This document shows positions 34,721 through 39,122 of a stretch of DNA of 39,122 nt, one piece after another. A model generated the notes under the pieces. It did not search any database. It worked only from the letters and a program-made list of their open reading frames with translations, and had not been told where the DNA came from. Location of the stretch: assembly GCA_041157565.1 (NCBI GenBank), contig JBEBCR010000100.1, forward strand, positions 1-39,122, read 5' to 3'. Positions within the stretch are counted from its first letter, which is position 1. The number at the start of each line of letters is the position of its first letter. The stretch comes from Planctomycetota bacterium (GTDB lineage: Bacteria > Planctomycetota > UBA1135 > GCA-002686595). The position numbers and the translations under genes are program-made.

Positions 34721-34941
34721 GGGACTGCCTCCTTTGGCGTAGGGAGCCGGACCGAGTGGCCCCTCCGAAGCTGTTTTCGGTTCGGGAAAGCCCTCAACCA
34801 CTGGAACCTTCGCACGGCCCCGACCTTGCGGTCGGACGAATGTCGCTCGCGCCTGCGCGCCAAGGACTTGCGGCGACACTTCGCACCAATGGGAGCACTT
34901 GGCCGACGACGCGAAATCCGCCGCCAGGCGTCCCAGGGCCT

Positions 34942-35148
34942 TCAGGTGACCTGGATCACCTCGACCGGACACTGGGTGCGCGCTTCCTCCAACTGCTCGG
35001 CCACCTTCGGGTCGCCGGCCTGCCGGAGGGCGTCGCCCTTGACGATGCAGGTTTCGCCCAAGGGCACGTGGAAGACCTCGGGGCAGAGGTCTTCGCACAG
35101 GTTGCAGGAAATGCAACCTTCTTCGATCCAGATGCGGCGCACGCTCAT
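34942..35148 (-). CDS. small single-cluster ferredoxin
   Basis: 68 aa, ATG at 35148. [12 protein letters not shown] plus a distal CP (TQCPVEVI), the typical 4-Cys pattern of mono-cluster ferredoxins. Confidence 0.8.
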   Translation of the reverse strand: MSVRRIWIEEGCISCNLCEDLCPEVFHVPLGETCIVKGDALRQAGDPKVAEQLEEARTQCPVEVIQVT

Positions 35149-35299
35149 GAGCAGGGAGTGATCGGAAGTACCGCGTCAAATCCTACGCCAACGGCAGGTT
35201 TTTTGGAGCAGTTCCGACTCGGACAGGCGGCGCCGCGCGGATGGTTGCTAACCTGCGCGCTGGACGGGCCCCGCTGGGCCACGCGCCGGACGCCGAGCC

Positions 35300-35734
35300 A
35301 TGCAACAGCCCTACGTCGAGATCACGCGCCGCGAGGAGTTCAGCGCGGCCCACCGCCTGCACAACCCGAGCCTGTCCGAGGCCGAGAACCGGGCTTTGTT
35401 CGGCATTTGCAACAACCTGCATGGCCACGGACACAACTACGCCTTCGAGGTCACCTTGGGCGGGCCGGTGCCGACCATGTCGGGCATGGTCATGGACCTC
35501 AACGTCCTGATGGGGATCCTGAAGGCCGAGGTCGTGCAGCAGCTCGACCACAAGCACCTCAACGAGGACGTGCCGTGGCTCGCCGGGCGCGTCACGACGG
35601 CCGAGAACCTCGCCGTCGCCATCTGGGATCGGGTCGCGCCGCACCTCGCCCGCCACGCGGGTTCCAAGCTCGTCAAGGTGCGCGTCTTCGAGAGCCGCGA
35701 CAACTACGTCGAGTACCGGGGACAGACGGCATGA
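35300..35734 (+). CDS. 6-pyruvoyl-tetrahydropterin synthase family (COG0720; PTPS-II-like / QueD)
   Basis: 144 aa. Motifs: [68 protein letters not shown]. Confidence 0.85.
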   Translation: MQQPYVEITRREEFSAAHRLHNPSLSEAENRALFGICNNLHGHGHNYAFEVTLGGPVPTMSGMVMDLNVLMGILKAEVVQQLDHKHLNEDVPWLAGRVTTAENLAVAIWDRVAPHLARHAGSKLVKVRVFESRDNYVEYRGQTA

Positions 35735-36309
35735 GCGGGCACGCGGGCGAGGGGCGCATGGAGGCGCTGGTGCGCGGCATGCTCGCCGAGCTGGGCGAGG
35801 ACCCCGCGCGCCAAGGCTTGCTGCGCACCCCCGAGCGCGTGGCCAAGTCGCTGGCCGAGTTGACCTCGGGCTCGACGCAGACCGTCGCCGAGGTCGTGGG
35901 CGAGGGCGTCTTCGACGAGGACTGCTCGGAGATGGTCGTCGTCAAGGACATCGAGTTCTACAGCCTGTGCGAGCACCACATGCTGCCCTTCTTCGGGCGC
36001 GTGCACGTGGCCTACATCCCCGACGGCAAGATCATCGGCTTGTCGAAGATCCCGCGCATCGTCGACGTGTACGCGCGCCGGTTGCAGGTGCAGGAGCGCA
36101 TGACGGTGCAGATCGCCGAGGCGCTGCAGGACGTCCTCAAGCCCGACGGCGTCGGCGTCGTGGTCGACGCCAGCCACCTGTGCATGATGATGCGCGGCGT
36201 GCAGAAGCAGAACAGCTCGACGACGACGTCGTGCCTGCTCGGGCGCTTCCGCGTGGACCCGCGCACGAGGAGCGAGTTCCTCGACCTCGTGCACGCCATC
36301 AAGCGCTGA
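35731..36309 (+). CDS. folE: GTP cyclohydrolase I (FolE type 1)
   Basis: ATG at 35731 overlaps the PTPS stop (ATGA), 192 aa. Motifs: [34 protein letters not shown]...[15 protein letters not shown]. Confidence 0.9.
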   Translation: MSGHAGEGRMEALVRGMLAELGEDPARQGLLRTPERVAKSLAELTSGSTQTVAEVVGEGVFDEDCSEMVVVKDIEFYSLCEHHMLPFFGRVHVAYIPDGKIIGLSKIPRIVDVYARRLQVQERMTVQIAEALQDVLKPDGVGVVVDASHLCMMMRGVQKQNSSTTTSCLLGRFRVDPRTRSEFLDLVHAIKR

Positions 36310-36325
36310 GCGCGCGGCGCCGCGC

Positions 36326-37033
36326 TCAGGCGCGCGGATTGGGCACGTCGAGGTCGTCGACGTCGGCGCCCGCGGGCGCGTGGTAGGCGTTCCACACGAC
36401 CTCGGCCACGTCCTCGGGCTTGTTCATCTTCGAGCGATCCCAGGTGCCCGGCACCTTGTCGAAGATGGTCGTGTCGGTGGAGCCGGGATAGACCGTGGAC
36501 ACGCGGACCTTCCTCGCGGCGAGGTCGAGCCGCAGCGCGTCGGAGAAGCCGCGCAACCCGTACTTGGAGGCGCAGTACGCCGTGTTGCCCGGGTACGGCT
36601 GGCGCGCCGCCAGCGAGGCGATGTTGAAGATGTGCGCGCGCTCCGACTCGAACAAGGCGTCTAGCGCCTCGTGCGTCACGAAGAACGGACCGTTGAGGTT
36701 GACCTCGATGTGCCGGCGCCACGTGGCGATGTCCATCTTGTCGAACGGCTTGATGTCGAACACGCCGGCGTTGTTGACGAGGACGTCGATGGCGCCGCCG
36801 GTGAACTCGACCGCGCGCCACACGGCGGCCTCGACCGATCCATGGTCGGCGACGTTCATCTGCTGCGCGCTGGCGGCGCCTCCCGCGGCGGCGATCTCCT
36901 TGACCAGCGCGTCGAGCTCCGACGAGGTGCGCGCGGCGACGGCGACCTTGGCTCCGGCCCGCGCGAAGCGCAGGGCGATGGCGCGGCCGATGCCGCGGCC
37001 GGCGCCGGTGACGAGGACTCTCAACTGGGTCAT
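36326..37033 (-). CDS. short-chain dehydrogenase/reductase (SDR)
   Basis: Internal ATG at 37033, 235 aa. Motifs: VTGAGRGIGRAIA, NNAG, and catalytic S...YCASK. Confidence 0.8.
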   Translation of the reverse strand: MTQLRVLVTGAGRGIGRAIALRFARAGAKVAVAARTSSELDALVKEIAAAGGAASAQQMNVADHGSVEAAVWRAVEFTGGAIDVLVNNAGVFDIKPFDKMDIATWRRHIEVNLNGPFFVTHEALDALFESERAHIFNIASLAARQPYPGNTAYCASKYGLRGFSDALRLDLAARKVRVSTVYPGSTDTTIFDKVPGTWDRSKMNKPEDVAEVVWNAYHAPAGADVDDLDVPNPRA

Positions 37034-37132
37034 GGCGTGCCTTCCTGCGCGCGTCGGGCGCGCCCGACCAGTATCGGCGCGTCTGGCGCGGGGGCCAAGC
37101 CAAAACGGCCGCGCCATGCCGGCGCGCGGGCC

Positions 37133-38191
37133 TCAGAACGCCAGCGTCGAGCCCAGCACGATGAACTCGTTGTCGCTGCCCGCCTCGCCGTCGATGTCGA
37201 TGTAGTTCAGTTGCCACTTCAGGTCGTGGCCGGCGACGTAGCGGTTCACGCCCAGGGACAAGGCCTCGCGCTGCTTGATCGCCTCGTCGTAGTCCTCGTA
37301 GCGCACGGCGGCTTCCCAGTGCTCGAGGAACACCCAGCTGGCGGTGAGGCTCCACGGCGTGCTGTCGCCTTCGAGGTCGTCGGGATAGAAGATCGGCGAG
37401 GTGTAGCCGTCGTCGTAGTCGACCACTTCGAACTGCAGGCTCCACGGGAAGGACACCAGCGCTGCGTCGGCGAGCACGGCGAGTCCGCCGCCGTCGAGCG
37501 AGTCGTCGTTGGTAAGGGCGAGTCCCACCGTCGCGGCCAGCTCGGCGGGCGCGCCGTAGGCGCCCTCGGCGTCGGGAGTGGGGCGTCCCAGCACGTCCCA
37601 TTCGCCGCGCACCGACAGGCGCAGGTCCTCGGCGATCGAGTTCGCTCCGTTCTGCACCGCGTACGACAGGCGCGCGTCGCCCAGCGCCTGGTCGATGCGC
37701 ACGCCGGCCTCGCGCGGCGTGAGGAGATAGGCGTTGCGCGTGCGGACGACGAACAGGTTGGTCGTCTCGGGCAGCAACTGCGTGCGCAGCAGCGGCGCGC
37801 GCAGGAGGCCCAAGTAGGCGGTCGCGCCTTCCCACGCGCGACGACCGATCCAGGCGTCGATCAAGTTGTCCTGCAGCCCGATGCCGCCGAAGTCGAAGGA
37901 CACGCCCCAGGTGAACTCGCCCACCACTCCATCCACGCCGACGCGCACGTTCTCGAACGAGAACCCGGCGAACTCCTGGTCGGCAACGTCGTCGCCATCG
38001 GAGTCGATGACGGGTTCGCTGGACTGGGCGAACGAGGCGCGCAGGAAGCCGCTCCACGTGGGACCCGACCTGCTAGGCTCCTCGATCCGGCGTCCCAGGG
38101 CGGCCAGTTCGGCGTCGATGGCCGTCCAATCGGTCGTGTTCGATCCGGCGGAGGCGGGCAGGCAGGCTAGGGCGAGCGCGATGGTCGACAT
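37133..38191 (-). CDS. outer-membrane beta-barrel porin (OprO/P-like)
   Basis: ATG at 38191 (alternative ATG at 38230). Signal-like MSTIALALACLPASAG. Alternating amphipathic strands, ending ...FIVLGSTLAF with a terminal Phe. Confidence 0.6.
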   Translation of the reverse strand: MSTIALALACLPASAGSNTTDWTAIDAELAALGRRIEEPSRSGPTWSGFLRASFAQSSEPVIDSDGDDVADQEFAGFSFENVRVGVDGVVGEFTWGVSFDFGGIGLQDNLIDAWIGRRAWEGATAYLGLLRAPLLRTQLLPETTNLFVVRTRNAYLLTPREAGVRIDQALGDARLSYAVQNGANSIAEDLRLSVRGEWDVLGRPTPDAEGAYGAPAELAATVGLALTNDDSLDGGGLAVLADAALVSFPWSLQFEVVDYDDGYTSPIFYPDDLEGDSTPWSLTASWVFLEHWEAAVRYEDYDEAIKQREALSLGVNRYVAGHDLKWQLNYIDIDGEAGSDNEFIVLGSTLAF

Positions 38192-38312
38192 GCGGACTTC
38201 AGGATGCCCTTCGACCAAGTGGGAATCCATGGGCTAGCAAGGAAGGCGCGCGTCGCGCCATGGACGCGTGGACGCGTCCGCGAGGCTCGCTTGCCGACGA
38301 TCGGCAGTCGGA

Positions 38313-38951
38313 CTAGAGCGCGAAGCGCAAGCCCAGTCCGACGGAGCTGGCGTCGTCGGACACCTGCGCTGAAAGCCCCACGGACAACGCATCCGTGGCG
38401 TGGAAGCGCAAGGCGCCCCCGAAGTTGCTGGTCGCCTCCTCGAGTTCGACGCGCGCGAAGGACGCCTGAGCTTCGAACCGGCTGGAGACGAGCGCCCGAA
38501 GGCCCAGCTCCAGCGCCAGTCCGGTTTCGGTGTCGGATCGCGAGTCGAACGCCGCCAGGTCCGAGTCGAAGCTGGCGGACGCCAAGCCCGCGACGAGGTA
38601 GGCGTCCACGGTGGCGCCCAGGGGATGCCTCGCGCCCAGCCCCAAGGTCAACACGCGCGACTCGAGCGTGCCCGAGTCCTCGTCGATTCCTTCGACGACC
38701 ACGTCCTGGCGGGAGATGCCGAGGCCGCCTTGCAGGAAGAATGACTCGCTCAAGGAGAAGGACGCGCCAAGGCTGAGCGCTTGCGCATCGTCGAACTCGG
38801 CGGACGACCCGCCCCCGAGGTCGGCGCGCTCCTCTTCGGGGCGCAGCAGGGCGAAGCCGAAGTCAACATGCGTGTAGCCGAGGCCCTCCGCGGTCGAGGG
38901 TTGCGAGGATGCGCTCGAGGCGAGGAGCAACACTGGAAGCGACGGCTGCAT
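38313..38951 (-). CDS. small outer-membrane beta-barrel protein (OmpA-barrel/OmpW-like)
   Basis: 212 aa, ATG at 38951. Signal-like MQPSLPVLLLASSASS. Alternating hydrophobic pattern (LSLGASFSLS, LTLGLGARH, LALELGLRAL), ending GLGLRFAL. Confidence 0.6.
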   Translation of the reverse strand: MQPSLPVLLLASSASSQPSTAEGLGYTHVDFGFALLRPEEERADLGGGSSAEFDDAQALSLGASFSLSESFFLQGGLGISRQDVVVEGIDEDSGTLESRVLTLGLGARHPLGATVDAYLVAGLASASFDSDLAAFDSRSDTETGLALELGLRALVSSRFEAQASFARVELEEATSNFGGALRFHATDALSVGLSAQVSDDASSVGLGLRFAL

Positions 38952-39122
38952 GGCGGGCTCTGCTTGGGATGGGCGATCGGCGGCGCGTCTCCGCCTGGAA
39001 GGAGGCTACGACTCGTCTCCGCCTCGCGCCAACCGCGGTCGCGCGCCGGCTTGGTCTCCTCCGGTCCATCCGCCTGCCAAGCGCGAGGGGGACCGCACCG
39101 CGCACGGTGCGATCCCCCTCGG

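Noticed and set aside
35149-35299. A possible preQ1 or THF riboswitch in the 151-nt divergent region upstream of PTPS/folE (it contains an unusual T6 run).
   Set aside because: I could not recognise either riboswitch consensus or a convincing aptamer fold. It is more likely a shared divergent promoter region.
38192-38230. An upstream ATG (38230) as the start of the porin gene.
   Set aside because: It would add MDSHLVEGHPEVR before the hydrophobic signal core, which gives a net acidic n-region, and no SD is evident. The call is not decisive, so the alternative is noted in the feature.

Overview
Very GC-rich bacterial chromosomal segment. Third codon positions are almost all G/C, and every frame carries long Arg/Ala/Pro-rich shadow ORFs. 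The organism looks diderm, since beta-barrel outer-membrane proteins ending in aromatic residues are present; the lineage cannot be determined from sequence alone. I support about 37 protein genes and one tRNA-Val(TAC). Most are core housekeeping: ybaK, ugd, DAHP synthase, tpiA-secG, pyrE-yicC-gmk, ftsK, rimO-pgsA-pgpA, priA, carA, tsaD and folE. Genes are tightly packed, with several ATGA stop/start overlaps (yicC/gmk, pgsA/pgpA, PTPS/folE, larB/carA). I saw no rRNA, CRISPR array, transposase, integrase, phage gene or recognisable defence/toxin module. I do not see a clear-cut novel multi-gene system, and I would treat this as a largely ordinary core region. Five local oddities deserve a second look. 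(1) A motor-less FtsK-like gene overlaps the end of ftsK (membrane anchor, polyacidic linker, gamma-like winged helix). (2) An NtrC-type regulator has its phospho-acceptor Asp, Walker A/B and GAFTGA signatures all apparently degenerate. (3) A 768-nt ORF-free, partly low-GC, hairpin-rich spacer lies between tRNA-Val and that regulator; it includes a 38-nt AT-rich palindrome and a weak -24/-12-like element. (4) A 617-nt gap between gmk and ftsK has coding-like periodicity but no recognisable rpoZ. (5) An animal-type PTPS, GTP cyclohydrolase I and SDR cluster suggests a biopterin-like pterin branch. All functional calls rest on by-eye motif recognition in the supplied translations; no searches were run.
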